Numbered from the stretch's first letter, positions 18,319-28,719 are shown. The stretch: DNA of 64,000 nt from Nitrosopumilaceae archaeon (GCA_965203465.1 CBDBCR010000003.1:352001-416000), one strand, 5' to 3'. The notes: generated by a model not told the origin, from the letters alone. Made by a program: numbers and translations.

Positions 18319-19556
18319 ACCCCAGAGTCCTGCGCGAGAGGCCCGGCGACGTGAGGGAGATGCTGCGCGCGCGCGGCGTAGAGTTCGACCTCGGCGCGCT
18401 GCTCGAGGCGGACAGCGCGAGGCGCGCGCTCATACAGGAGAGCGACGCGCTCCGCACCGAGCGCAACCGCGCCTCGTCGGAGGTCTCGGCCGCCAAAAAA
18501 AAGGGGGGCGACGCTGCGGATCTGATAGCGCGCATAAAGGAGGCGTCCGAGCGCCTGGAATCGCTGGAGCAGAAGAGGGCCGGCGCCGAGAGGCGGTACG
18601 CAGAGCTCGCCTCGTCGGCGCCCAACATGCTCGACCCGTCGGTGCCGGTCGGCGGCGAGGAGGCCAACAGGGTCGAGCGCGCGTGGGGGAGCCCGCCGGC
18701 CTCCGGCCTCAGCCACGTGGACTTTATGGAAAGGACGGGGCTGGGCGACACGGCCCGCGCTGCCAAGGTCTCGGGCGCGCGGTTCTACTACCTGCGCGGG
18801 GGGCTCGTCAGGCTCAACCAGGCGCTGGCGATGTACGCCCTCGACTTTCTGGCCGCCAGGGGGTACACCGAGGTGCAGCCCCCCTACATGATAGGGCGCG
18901 CCGCGATGGAGGGGGCCGTCATCGCCGAGGACTTTGAGGACGTCATCTACAAGATAGACGGGCACGACCTTTTCCTGATCGGCACCTCCGAGCACGCCAT
19001 GGCCGCGATGCATTCGGGCGAGATACTCGAGGGCGGAAAGCTCCCGCTGCGGTACGCCGGCGTGAGCCCGTGCTTCAGGAAGGAGGCCGGCGCGCACGGC
19101 AGGGACCAAAAGGGGATATTCAGGGTGCACCAGTTCGACAAGGTCGAGCAGTTCGTCTTTGCGCGCCCCGAGGACTCCGAGGCGGAGCACCGCAGGATGC
19201 TGGCCATCTCCGAAGAGTTCTACAAGAGCCTCGAGATACCGCACAGGGTGGTGCTTCTCTCCAGCGGCGACATGGGCAAGGTCTCGGCAAAGACGTGGGA
19301 CATCGAGGCGTGGATGGCCGGGCAGCGGTCGTACAGGGAGGTGGTCTCGTGCTCCAACTGCCTCGACTACCAGGCCAGGAGGCTGGGCGTGCGGTTCCGC
19401 GACCGCACGTCGGATCCGACCTCCCACGTGCACACGCTCAACGGCACGATGGTGGCCACCACGCGCGTCATGGCGTGCATGATGGAGATGTCCGGCGGCA
19501 GCATCAGCGTGCCGCCCGTCCTGCAAAAGTACGTCGGCTCAGAGCGGATAGGCTGA
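18312..19556 (+). CDS. serS: Serine-tRNA ligase
   Basis: N-terminal coiled coil, GTSEH, FRKEAG, FRVHQFDKVEQF, EVVSCSNC, HTLNGT. Confidence 0.97.
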   Translation: MLDPRVLRERPGDVREMLRARGVEFDLGALLEADSARRALIQESDALRTERNRASSEVSAAKKKGGDAADLIARIKEASERLESLEQKRAGAERRYAELASSAPNMLDPSVPVGGEEANRVERAWGSPPASGLSHVDFMERTGLGDTARAAKVSGARFYYLRGGLVRLNQALAMYALDFLAARGYTEVQPPYMIGRAAMEGAVIAEDFEDVIYKIDGHDLFLIGTSEHAMAAMHSGEILEGGKLPLRYAGVSPCFRKEAGAHGRDQKGIFRVHQFDKVEQFVFARPEDSEAEHRRMLAISEEFYKSLEIPHRVVLLSSGDMGKVSAKTWDIEAWMAGQRSYREVVSCSNCLDYQARRLGVRFRDRTSDPTSHVHTLNGTMVATTRVMACMMEMSGGSISVPPVLQKYVGSERIG

Positions 19557-20367
19557 CAGAGGCCGCGCGCGCGGCGCGCGCCGGATCGTGCGTGCGCAGC
19601 GCGTCCGCCCCTCCCAGCACGCACGCGGCCTCGAGGGCCGCCGAGGCCTCGCCGCGCTCGGCCGGATCGCGTATGCCGAACATCCTTCCGACCACCGACT
19701 TGCGCGAGACCGAGGCCATGACGGGGAACCCCACCCCGCCGATGCGCCTGATCACCTCCAGGTCGCGCTCGAACCAGCCGCCGCCCGTCCTGGTGTGGAG
19801 GCGGCCGCGCCCCGACCTCCGAAAGAACCCTATCGACGGGTCGAGCACCACGCGGTCCCGGCGCGCCCCCGCGTCGACCGCGATCGAGACGCTCTGTTCG
19901 AGCAGTCTTCTGGCGGCGAGCACCGGATCGCCGGGCGGCGCGCGGTGGCCGTGGGCGCAGAGCACCAGCGACGGCGAGTACGACGAGACGACCTCGCGCA
20001 TGAGGGGGTCGTGCTTCAGCCCCGAGACGTCGTTGATTATGGTGGCGCCCGCCTCGAGGGCCGCGCGGGCCACCGAGGCGCGCGCGGTGTCCGCCGAGAC
20101 CGGCAGGCCGGCGCCTAGCGAGGCGCGCACCGCTCGCACCACCCGCCTCCGCTCGGTTTCGGCCGAAACGCGCGTGCCAAGGTACGGCGCGCTGGACATG
20201 CCCCCCACGTCGATCACGTCGGCGCCCTGTTCGGCGAGCCTGCGCGCCGCGGGGCCGATGCCGCGCGACCTGACCGAGCCGGCGTAGAACGATTCTGGGC
20301 TGGCGTTAAGTATCCCCATGATCAGGGTGCGCCCGCCGCCCACGCGCGCGGAGCCGAGCCGGTTCAC
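19504..20367 (-). CDS. folP: Dihydropteroate synthase
   Basis: MGILNASPESF, IDVGG, SADT, INDVSG, LDPSIGF, SRKS, LRTHD; start GTG 20367 chosen within the long ORF. Confidence 0.92.
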   Translation of the reverse strand: MNRLGSARVGGGRTLIMGILNASPESFYAGSVRSRGIGPAARRLAEQGADVIDVGGMSSAPYLGTRVSAETERRRVVRAVRASLGAGLPVSADTARASVARAALEAGATIINDVSGLKHDPLMREVVSSYSPSLVLCAHGHRAPPGDPVLAARRLLEQSVSIAVDAGARRDRVVLDPSIGFFRRSGRGRLHTRTGGGWFERDLEVIRRIGGVGFPVMASVSRKSVVGRMFGIRDPAERGEASAALEAACVLGGADALRTHDPARAARAASVSLSALSRRTFAGRAAR

Positions 20368-20400
20368 GACGTTTATGAGAGGCGCGCAAATTTTAGTCGT

Positions 20401-21138
20401 GTGGCGCCTCGCGGATGGTACCCCAGGTACCGCCGGATACTTGCAAGGACCGGATACAGCGGAGCGGCCGATCTGCGGTCGGCGCGCCTGCTTGCCCGCA
20501 TAGTAGGGGGCGGGGCGCGCCTCGCAGAGCTGGAGCGGACGGTGCGCGGCAGGCCCGTCTTCGTGGTGGGCGCCGGGCCCTCGCTGCCGGCCGACGCCGA
20601 GGTGCTGGCGCGGCACAGGCGCGTGGCCAGGATCGCGGCGGACAGCGCGGCGCACTACATGGCAGACGTTGGCGCGCGCCCGCACGCGGTGGTCACGGAC
20701 CTGGACGGGCCGCGGCTGGACGAGGCGGCGCGCCGATCGTTCATGGTGGTGCACGCGCACGGCGACAACGCGGATCTGCTCGGCCGGGCCGCCGGGTTCC
20801 CGAGGCTCGTGGGCACGTGCCAGTGCAGGCCCCCGCCCGGGCTGTACAACTTTGGCGGCTTTACCGACGGGGACAGGGCCGCGTTCATGGCCGACGCGCT
20901 CGGCGCTTCGGACATAGTGATGCTCGGCATGGACTTTGGATCCCGGATAGGGGGGTGCTCGCGCACGCCGGCGCGCGAGAGGCCCGCCAAGATTGCAAAA
21001 CTGCGCGAGGCGGAGCGCCTGATCGAGTGGCTCGGCTCGCGCAGGACGCTGTACTCTACGGCCGGCACGGCCGGAACCGTCAGGATACGCCGCGAGGAGA
21101 TAGGCGCAGTGCTGCGGGGCGCGGGCCTGCGCGGCTAG
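20401..21138 (+). CDS. mptE: 6-hydroxymethyl-7,8-dihydropterin pyrophosphokinase (DUF115)
   Basis: VVGAGPSL, VVTDLDG, VHAHGDN, FGGFTDGDRA, GMDFG; divergent from folP. Confidence 0.9.
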   Translation: MAPRGWYPRYRRILARTGYSGAADLRSARLLARIVGGGARLAELERTVRGRPVFVVGAGPSLPADAEVLARHRRVARIAADSAAHYMADVGARPHAVVTDLDGPRLDEAARRSFMVVHAHGDNADLLGRAAGFPRLVGTCQCRPPPGLYNFGGFTDGDRAAFMADALGASDIVMLGMDFGSRIGGCSRTPARERPAKIAKLREAERLIEWLGSRRTLYSTAGTAGTVRIRREEIGAVLRGAGLRG

Positions 21139-24100
21139 CCCGCCGCGCTTATGGCGTCGGCGGCCCGGTCGTACGTTGCGGACAGCTTCCACTTGCCGTC
21201 CTCTACTCCCCAGAACGCGATGTTGCCCCCCGCCAGATCGCCCGCGTCGTTGAGCGCCGTGCCGCCGATGGCGCCCGAATAGTTTTCGGCCACCGACGGC
21301 AGCGCCGCCTTTACGGCGCCGGGATCGTCGCCGCCGGCCTCCAGTATCGAGAGGCCCAGCAGCCAGACGACGTCGTAGGCCGTATATGCATAGACTATCG
21401 GATCTATGCCCAGTTCGTCAGACAGGCGCGCCTTTAGGCTGTCGCTCTTTTCGTTGTCCGGTATGGCCGGCAGCGATGAGACGAACCCGACCTCGTTCAC
21501 GAACGCGCCGGCGATCTCGTCGCCGACGATTGCCTCGGAGAGTGCGCTGCCGTCGGTGCCGTACCAGCGCACCGAGGACGTGTTTTCGTGCTGGCTTGCG
21601 GCCTGTATCAGCTGCAGGCCGTCGGATTCAAAGCTTGCCAGCAGGACCGCCACTTTTTCCGGCCCGCGTTCCGCCGACAGTTCTGCTATCCTGTCGGAGA
21701 GCAGCGAGGCGGACACCGAAAACTCGGCGGACTCTGGGTTGTACCGTATCCCGTCGTCGACTGTGCCGCCCAGGGACGTAAAGTGTTCGCGGATGGCCGC
21801 CTCGAGCCCGTCGCCCCACGCGTCGCCGCGCCAGACCGGAATCAGGGCCTCGATGCCGTCCGAGACGGCCAGGCGGGCGGCCACGCCCATCTGCGTGCGC
21901 TCGTTGGGGACGAGCCTGAAGACGTTGTCGCCGGGAACCGCCAGGGACGGCGCCGTCGAGCAGCACCCGAAGATCAGCATGTCGTTTGCCTCGGCGTAAC
22001 CCTTGATGTTGCGTATGTTGGAGCTGGTGAGCGGCCCGCTGACTATTCCGACGTCCCGGGAATAGAGGGCCTGCAGTTTCTCCAGGGCCTGCACCGGGTT
22101 GGTGGCCGTGTCCTCGGTGAGCATGTTCAGGGTCCACTGCTCGCCGCGCTCCTCGAGGTACCGGTTAAAGTCCTCGACTGCGAGCTCGGATGCCGCGTCG
22201 GTCTGCGTGCCCATGTATGATATGTCCCCTGTCAGCGGGGTGAGCTGCCCTATGGTTATCTGGCCGGTGATGCCCGACGGACTGCCCGATCTGATAATGG
22301 TGTCGGTTGCCTGATCGTAAGTGGCCGCCGTCACCCACTTGCCGTCCTCCACTCCCCAGAACGCGATGTCGCCGCCGGCCAGATCGCCCGCGTTGTTGAG
22401 TGCCGTGCTGCCTATGGCGCCCGAATAGTTTTCGGCCACCGACGGCAGCGCCGCCTTTACGGCGTTTGGATCGTCGCCGCCCGCCTCGAGTATCGAAAGG
22501 CCCAGCAGCCAGACCACATCGTATGCGGTGTACGCGTACACTATCGGGTCTATGCCCAGCGATTCGGAGAGGCGCGACTTTAGGCTGTCGCTCTTTTCGT
22601 TGTCCGGTATGGACGGCAGCGAGGAGAGGAAGCCGACCTTGTTTACGAACGCGCCTGCGATCTCGTCGCCTACGATGGCCTCCGAGAGGGCGCTGCCGTC
22701 GGTGCCGTACCAGCGCACCGAGGACGTGTTTTCGTGCTGGTCCGCGGCCTGTATCAGCTGCAGGCCGTCGGATTCAAAGCTTGCCAGCAGGACCGCCACT
22801 TTTTCCGGCCCGCGTTCCGCCGACAGTTCTGCTATCCTGTCGGAGAGCAGCGAGGCGGACACCGAAAACTCGGCGGATTCGGGGTTGTACCGTATCCCGT
22901 CGTCGACTGTGCCGCCCAGGGACGTAAAGTGTTCGCGGATGGCCGCCTCCAGCCCGTCGCCCCACGCGTCGCCGCGCCAGACCGGAATCAGGGCCTCGAT
23001 GCCGTCCGAGACGGCCAGGCGGGCGGCCACGCCCATCTGCGTGCGCTCGTTGGGGACGAGCCTGAAGACGTTGTCGCCGGGAACCGCCAGGGACGGCGCC
23101 GTCGAGCAGCACCCGAAGATTATCATGTCGTTTGCCTCGGCGTAACCCTTGATGTTGCGTATGTTGGAGCTGGTGAGCGGGCCGCTGACTATTCCGACGT
23201 CGCGCGAATAGAGGGCCTGCAGTTTCTCCAGGGCCTGCACCGGGTTGGTGGCCGTGTCCTCGGTGAGCATGTTCAGGGTCCACTGCTCGCCGCGCTCCTC
23301 GAGGTACCTGTTAAAGTCCTCTACTGCGAGCTCGGAGGCCGCGTCGGTCTGCGTGCCCATGTACGATATGTCGCCGGTCAGCGGGGTGAGCTGCCCTATG
23401 GTTATCTCGCCGGATATATCCGAGACGCCGCCCGGATCCCTGCTCGCCACGCTGGTGATCTTGTCGGTGGCCTGGTCGTAGACGACCGACAGCCTCCACT
23501 TGCCGTCGACTACGTTCCAGAACGCGATGTTGCCTCCCGCCAGATCCCCGGCCGCGTTGAGGGCCGTGCTGCCGATGGCGCCGGAGTGGCCTTCCGCCAC
23601 GGACGGCAGCACCGCCCTTACTGCCTGGGCGTCCCCGCTGCCGGCCTCCAGTATGGAAAGGCCCAGCAGCCAGACGACGTCGTAGGCAGAATACGCATAG
23701 ACTATCGGATCCGAGCCTATCCTTTCTGAGAGGCGCGCCTTTAGGTCGGCGCTCTGTTCGTTGTCCGGTATGGCCGGCAGCGAGGAGAGGAACCCGACCT
23801 TGTTTACGAACGCGCCGGCGATCTCGTCGCCGACGATTGCCTCGGAGAGGGCGCTGCCGTCGGTGCCGTACCAGCGCACCGAGGACGTGTTTTCGTGCTG
23901 GCTTGCGGCCTGTATCAGCTGCAGGCCGTCGGATTCAAAGCTTGCGAGCAGCACGGCCACCCTGTCGGCCCCGTGCTCTGCGGACAGCGCCTCCACCTTG
24001 TCCGCGAGCAGCGACGCGGACGCGGACATTTCGGCGGATTCCGGGTTGTACCTTATGCCCTCGTCGACCTCGCCTCCCAGCTCCGCAAAGTGGTACCGGA

Positions 24101-24734
24101 TGGCGGCCTCGAGCCCGTCGCCCCACGCGTCGCCGCGCCATACGGGAATCAGGGCCTCGATGCCGTCCGAGACTGCCACCCGCGCGGCGATTCCCATCTG
24201 CGTGCGCTCGTTGGGGACGAGCCTGAATATGCTGTCTCCGGGAACGGCGAGGGACGGCGCCGTCGAGCAGCACCCGAAGATCAGCATGTCGTTGGCCTCC
24301 GTGTACCCCTTGATGTTGCGTATGTTGGAGCTGGTGAGCGGGCCGTTGACTATGCTCACGTCCCTCGAATGGAGCGCTTGGACCTTTTCGAGCGCCTGCA
24401 CCGGGTTGGTGGCCGTGTCCTCGGTGAGCATGTTGAGGCGCCACCGCTCGCCGCGCTCCTCCAGGTACCGGTTAAAGTCCTCTACTGCGAGCTCGGAGGC
24501 CGCGTCGGTCTGCGTGCCCATGTACGATATGTCGCCGGTCAGCGGGGTAAGCTGCCCTATGGTTATCTGGCCGGTCAGCGCGGTCGCGACGCCGGGGTTC
24601 GGATCCGCGCTGGGCCTCGCGTCCACCGCGGGCTCGGCCGGCGCCCCCGTGTCCACTACCGCCAATGTGGCCATGACCGAGATCGCGGCCGTGGCGGCCA
24701 CTACAAGCACCGTGCCGGCAAGCGTCAGGCCCAT
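21135..24734 (-). CDS. Membrane-anchored substrate-binding protein with three tandem type-I (LivJ-like) PBP domains
   Basis: N-terminal TM/signal segment; three approximately 380-aa near-identical units each beginning ITIGQLTPLTGD. Confidence 0.9.
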   Translation of the reverse strand: MGLTLAGTVLVVAATAAISVMATLAVVDTGAPAEPAVDARPSADPNPGVATALTGQITIGQLTPLTGDISYMGTQTDAASELAVEDFNRYLEERGERWRLNMLTEDTATNPVQALEKVQALHSRDVSIVNGPLTSSNIRNIKGYTEANDMLIFGCCSTAPSLAVPGDSIFRLVPNERTQMGIAARVAVSDGIEALIPVWRGDAWGDGLEAAIRYHFAELGGEVDEGIRYNPESAEMSASASLLADKVEALSAEHGADRVAVLLASFESDGLQLIQAASQHENTSSVRWYGTDGSALSEAIVGDEIAGAFVNKVGFLSSLPAIPDNEQSADLKARLSERIGSDPIVYAYSAYDVVWLLGLSILEAGSGDAQAVRAVLPSVAEGHSGAIGSTALNAAGDLAGGNIAFWNVVDGKWRLSVVYDQATDKITSVASRDPGGVSDISGEITIGQLTPLTGDISYMGTQTDAASELAVEDFNRYLEERGEQWTLNMLTEDTATNPVQALEKLQALYSRDVGIVSGPLTSSNIRNIKGYAEANDMIIFGCCSTAPSLAVPGDNVFRLVPNERTQMGVAARLAVSDGIEALIPVWRGDAWGDGLEAAIREHFTSLGGTVDDGIRYNPESAEFSVSASLLSDRIAELSAERGPEKVAVLLASFESDGLQLIQAADQHENTSSVRWYGTDGSALSEAIVGDEIAGAFVNKVGFLSSLPSIPDNEKSDSLKSRLSESLGIDPIVYAYTAYDVVWLLGLSILEAGGDDPNAVKAALPSVAENYSGAIGSTALNNAGDLAGGDIAFWGVEDGKWVTAATYDQATDTIIRSGSPSGITGQITIGQLTPLTGDISYMGTQTDAASELAVEDFNRYLEERGEQWTLNMLTEDTATNPVQALEKLQALYSRDVGIVSGPLTSSNIRNIKGYAEANDMLIFGCCSTAPSLAVPGDNVFRLVPNERTQMGVAARLAVSDGIEALIPVWRGDAWGDGLEAAIREHFTSLGGTVDDGIRYNPESAEFSVSASLLSDRIAELSAERGPEKVAVLLASFESDGLQLIQAASQHENTSSVRWYGTDGSALSEAIVGDEIAGAFVNEVGFVSSLPAIPDNEKSDSLKARLSDELGIDPIVYAYTAYDVVWLLGLSILEAGGDDPGAVKAALPSVAENYSGAIGGTALNDAGDLAGGNIAFWGVEDGKWKLSATYDRAADAISAAG

Positions 24735-24837
24735 GCCGCTGACCGAAACTACGAGTAATTAAGGATTGGGTGGGGCCCCGCGTTCGCGGCGCGCGCTTTC
24801 ACAGGCGTTTATATCCGGCGCGCAAAGATTCCCGCCC

Positions 24838-27800
24838 GTGGCAGACCTCGTCCTGTCGGAGAGCCAAAAGCGCGCCATAAGCCACGACAGGGGGCACCTG
24901 CGCATAGTCGCCTGCCCCGGATCCGGCAAGACCGAGACGGTCAGCAGGCGCGTCGCCGAGCTGGTCAGAAAGGGCGCCGCGCCCTCCGGCATCGTGGCCT
25001 TTACGTTCACAAGAAAGGCCGCAGACGGCCTCAAGTCCAGGATACGCGGCATGCTGGAGGGGCGCCCGGATCTGGGCGACATGTACGTGGGGACGATAGA
25101 CGCGTTCTGCCTGTACATGCTCAAAAAGATCAGGCCCGAGTACAGATCCTTCGAGATACTCGACGGCGCCAAGCGCGCAGCCTTCCTGAACAGGTGGTAC
25201 AGGACCCTGCGGCTGGACAAGCTCGACGGTGGCCGGGGCAGGTGGAGCGTCATAGACGAGTTCGCCAGGAGCGCGGACTTGGCCGTCACCGAGCAGATAG
25301 ACGTCTCCCGCGCGGGCGCCGAGTTTGCCGAATGCTTTGAAAAATACGCCGAAAAGCTGCGCGAGGAGAGGTTCTTCGACTTTGTGTCCGTCACGGACAC
25401 GCTGCTCGAATCCCTGCGCGATCCGGGCGCCCTGAAAAAGCTGGGCTCGGAGGTAAAGCACGTCGTGTTCGACGAGTACCAGGACGTGAACGGGCTGCAG
25501 GAGAGGCTGCTCGAGGCGCTCTCGGCAGGCGCCCTCTCCGTGTGCGTGGTCGGGGACGACGACCAGAACATATTCCAGTGGAGGGGCAGCAACATAGCGC
25601 ACATACTCCAGTTCCCCTCAAAGTACGGCGCGTCCACCGAGACGCTCGGCACCAACTACCGGGCCACCGGCGCCCTGGTGAGCGCGGCCGCGAGGCTCAT
25701 CTCCGGCAACAGGGGCCGCGTCCCAAAGGACATGGAGGCGCACCCGGACCGGGCCGGCGCTTTCGAGCGCGGCGACATGGTCCACCAGCACTTCGAGACC
25801 GACGCCGAAGAGTTCGGCTTCGTCTGCGACGCGATGGAGGGCCTGCGCGGCGCCGAGTTCGCCGGCAGCGGGGGCGCGCGCGCCCTCTCGTACCGCGACA
25901 TGGCCGTGATAGTAAGGACCAACGAGGACGCTGCAAGGACGGTCAAGTTTCTGTCCGGCAGGGGCATAGAGTGCGCCGCGGAGAGCGGCACCAGCGTCTT
26001 CGAGCGCCCGGCAGTCTCGCTCGCCACCGACTGCATAATGTACGCGTTCGACGAGTACGGGTACGGGACCGACGACAAGCCGGATCTGGGCGGCCTGGCG
26101 CGCAGGTACGCAGAGGCCGTGCCCGGCGGGGACGAGGGGGCGTTCGCCCTGGGCATGCGGCAGGTCAGGGAGATGGGCGACGCGGTCAGGGCCAAGGAGG
26201 GCGGCTGGCTACCCGATCTGGGCCTGCAGGAGTTTTACCAGCGGGTGCTCTCGGCGATGGGGGCCGAAAAGGGCGCGCTGTCCGATGCGGACATGTACGG
26301 CCTGGCCGTGCTGAGCAGGGCCGTGTCGGACTACGAGTACGTGTACAGGTTCCTGCGGGCAGGCCACGTGGCGGGCCTGCGCTGGTTCATATCCCAAGTG
26401 GCGGCCCGCGAGTACCCGGATCCGGCGCACGCGGATCCGGGCGGGGCCGACGCGGTCCACGTGCTGACCATCTGGAAGGCCAAGGGCCTGGAGTTTCCGG
26501 CCGTCTTCGTGCCCTCGTTCGACGACAGGCGCCCCCCTCCCCCGCAGCCCGTGTTCATAGGCGATCACCTGTACGAGAGCGGCAGGTACGCCGGCGGCGA
26601 GGAGGACGAGCGGCGCGCCTACTACGTGGCCGTGACGCGCTCGCAAAAGTACCTGTTCCTGACCAGCGCGGCGCGCAGGGAGATAGGGGTCAACAGGGAG
26701 CCCCCCAAGAACGCGAGGCGGCCGCACCGGTTCGCCTCCGAGCTTGCCGGGCCGGAGTTTTCGCCGGCCGCCCCGATCGACGCGCCCAAGGCGACGTCCG
26801 GCGCGCCCGCCGCGCCAGGCGGCCTCATGCAGTCCTCGTACGGCAAGCTGGCCTCGTACGGCAGGTGCCCGCACGAGTACAGGCTCAGGCACGTCATGGG
26901 GTTCAACCCCGGCGTCCCCAGCGTGTTCAACTACGGCACGTGCATACACAACATACTCAACTACCTGCACGCCGAGTTCCTCGGCGGGGGAGGCGTGCCC
27001 GGCGAGGCCGACATAAGGCGCGCGTTCGACGGCATGTTCCACCTCAGGTTCGCCCCGAAGGCGCAGAACGAGGCCATGAAGAAAAAGGGGATCGGAATGG
27101 TGGCAGGCTACGTGCTCAGATGCGGCAGGGATTTTGAAAAGATGCTGGACGCAGAAAAGAGGTTCGAGTTCCGGCTGGGCGGCGCGCTGGTCTCGGGCAG
27201 CATAGACCAGGTGGTGCGCGACGAGCGCGGCCCCCGGATAGTGGACTTTAAGGTGGGCGAAAGCGGCCGTGCGCGCGACGAGCGCGCCGAGCAGGTGCGG
27301 CTGTACGCGTGCGCCGCGCGCGCCTCGCTCGGGTACAGGCCCGGGTCGGCCGCCATACACGTCCTCGACGATCAAGGTGTAGAAGAGGTGGGCGTGGGCG
27401 ACGCGGAGCTGGAGGAGGCCGCCGCCGAGGCCCGCCGCAGGATCGGGCTCGTCGCCGCCAGAAAGTTCGAGCCCTCGCCCGAGAGGGAAAAGTGCGGCGC
27501 GTGCGACTTTAGGGCCCTCTGCCCGCACAAGGGTTTCGAGGTGGGCCCCCGGTTCGGGCCCGCCAAGGACGCCAGGCGCGACCCGCACGGGGAGGACGCG
27601 GGGGACGAAGAGCAGCCCGCCGGCGAGGGCGCGCCGGTAGTGAGCCGCGCGATGGCCGAAAAGGCCGAAAAGCTCGCCTCCCTCGCGAGCCGCAACGCGG
27701 ACGGCTCTTTCAGCGTCCCGTCCCTCACAGATCCGTCCAAAAAGTACACGGTCTCGGCGGGCATGAAGTGCGGGTGCAGGGGGTTTGCAGAGTATCCGCA

Positions 27801-27879
27801 GCGCCATCCGGGGACCGCCCCCACGTGCTCGCACGCCGAGGCCGCCAAGATTTTCCGCGCCCGCCGGGCCGGCCAATGA
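24838..27879 (+). CDS. UvrD/PcrA SF1 helicase fused to PD-(D/E)XK nuclease (4-Cys) and C-terminal SWIM finger
   Basis: ACPGSGKT, DEYQD, GDDDQNIFQWRG, NYR, KAKGLEF, YVAVTR; GSID...IVDFK...Q-Y; CP...CxxC-C; CxC...CSH. TTTATA at 24808 supports GTG 24838. Confidence 0.9.
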   Translation: MADLVLSESQKRAISHDRGHLRIVACPGSGKTETVSRRVAELVRKGAAPSGIVAFTFTRKAADGLKSRIRGMLEGRPDLGDMYVGTIDAFCLYMLKKIRPEYRSFEILDGAKRAAFLNRWYRTLRLDKLDGGRGRWSVIDEFARSADLAVTEQIDVSRAGAEFAECFEKYAEKLREERFFDFVSVTDTLLESLRDPGALKKLGSEVKHVVFDEYQDVNGLQERLLEALSAGALSVCVVGDDDQNIFQWRGSNIAHILQFPSKYGASTETLGTNYRATGALVSAAARLISGNRGRVPKDMEAHPDRAGAFERGDMVHQHFETDAEEFGFVCDAMEGLRGAEFAGSGGARALSYRDMAVIVRTNEDAARTVKFLSGRGIECAAESGTSVFERPAVSLATDCIMYAFDEYGYGTDDKPDLGGLARRYAEAVPGGDEGAFALGMRQVREMGDAVRAKEGGWLPDLGLQEFYQRVLSAMGAEKGALSDADMYGLAVLSRAVSDYEYVYRFLRAGHVAGLRWFISQVAAREYPDPAHADPGGADAVHVLTIWKAKGLEFPAVFVPSFDDRRPPPPQPVFIGDHLYESGRYAGGEEDERRAYYVAVTRSQKYLFLTSAARREIGVNREPPKNARRPHRFASELAGPEFSPAAPIDAPKATSGAPAAPGGLMQSSYGKLASYGRCPHEYRLRHVMGFNPGVPSVFNYGTCIHNILNYLHAEFLGGGGVPGEADIRRAFDGMFHLRFAPKAQNEAMKKKGIGMVAGYVLRCGRDFEKMLDAEKRFEFRLGGALVSGSIDQVVRDERGPRIVDFKVGESGRARDERAEQVRLYACAARASLGYRPGSAAIHVLDDQGVEEVGVGDAELEEAAAEARRRIGLVAARKFEPSPEREKCGACDFRALCPHKGFEVGPRFGPAKDARRDPHGEDAGDEEQPAGEGAPVVSRAMAEKAEKLASLASRNADGSFSVPSLTDPSKKYTVSAGMKCGCRGFAEYPQRHPGTAPTCSHAEAAKIFRARRAGQ

Positions 27880-28199
27880 CTTTAATGCGGCCAGGCTCCG
27901 GCGCGGGCGTGGACTACGGCGAGGCATCGGAGTGCCTCTTTGGGGAGCCGGGCGCCTCTGTCATGGCGCAGCTGGAGGACGGGCCAAGGCAGATAGCAGA
28001 GATCGCATCTGCGGCCGGCGCCGAACCGCAGGCTCTGCTCGAAAAGATCGCGCCCCTGATAGAGTCGGGCGTGCTGCGCTCGGAGGGCGGGGCCCTGCGC
28101 GTGGACAGGGCGAGGCTCGACGAGGTGCTGGAGTCCGACGCTGCCAGATTCGACGGCGTGACCGACGGGCTGACAAAGATGGACGGGTACCTCAACTGA
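27876..28199 (+). CDS. Small wHTH-like hypothetical protein
   Basis: ATGA overlap with the helicase stop; ArsR-like pattern. Confidence 0.65.
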   Translation: MTLMRPGSGAGVDYGEASECLFGEPGASVMAQLEDGPRQIAEIASAAGAEPQALLEKIAPLIESGVLRSEGGALRVDRARLDEVLESDAARFDGVTDGLTKMDGYLN

Positions 28200-28674
28200 C
28201 GCGGCGCCTGAACGCGTACACGGCGCCGCCGGCGAGCATCCCGATTCCGGCCACCAGCACGTATATCGAGACGAACGCTATCGTCCTCTTGGCGGCGTCC
28301 GGCTCCGGCCCGACGTAGCCGGCCACAAAGCCCTCCTTGCCGTCCTCGTTGTACACCTGCAGCACGTACCGCCCGGACGCGTCCGCCACGAAGAGGCCCT
28401 CCGAGGCGCCGCTGCCGTGGTATTCGTCGGCGATGACGCCGCCCGGTCCGGACAGCACCGCCCGCACTGATGCCAGCTCGGGCACCTCCACGGCGTACAC
28501 GCCGCGCTCGCCTGCCTCCATGTGCCTGGAGGCGGACACGTCCTGGCCCGGCCCCACGCGCCCCTGCGCCACCTCGAACTCCTCAAAGACGATCTGGCTT
28601 CCCCACGTCGAGGCGCCCAGCCCCGCAGAGATCAGCACGCCGCCGGCCACGCAGAGCACGAAGATCTTCGACAC
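28192..28674 (-). CDS. Hypothetical membrane protein (two terminal TM helices, beta-rich middle)
   Basis: Hydrophobic N- and C-terminal segments; coding codon bias. Confidence 0.7.
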   Translation of the reverse strand: MSKIFVLCVAGGVLISAGLGASTWGSQIVFEEFEVAQGRVGPGQDVSASRHMEAGERGVYAVEVPELASVRAVLSGPGGVIADEYHGSGASEGLFVADASGRYVLQVYNEDGKEGFVAGYVGPEPDAAKRTIAFVSIYVLVAGIGMLAGGAVYAFRRRVS

Positions 28675-28719
28675 CGGGGCCGGGCGCCCGGGGGCACGTA
28701 AAAATCCTGCCCGGGCAGG

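Noticed and set aside
19504-21192. 562-aa ORF as a folP fusion protein
   Set aside because: The upstream half is the antisense of mptE; folP homology starts near 20367.
21135-24580. Near-identical repeats as a diversity-generating retroelement TR/VR pair
   Set aside because: All copies are in-frame domains, differences are not adenine-specific, and no reverse transcriptase is present.
26830-27530. Cas4-like nuclease as evidence of CRISPR adaptation
   Set aside because: It is the C-terminal domain of a UvrD helicase; no cas1/cas2 or array in the window.
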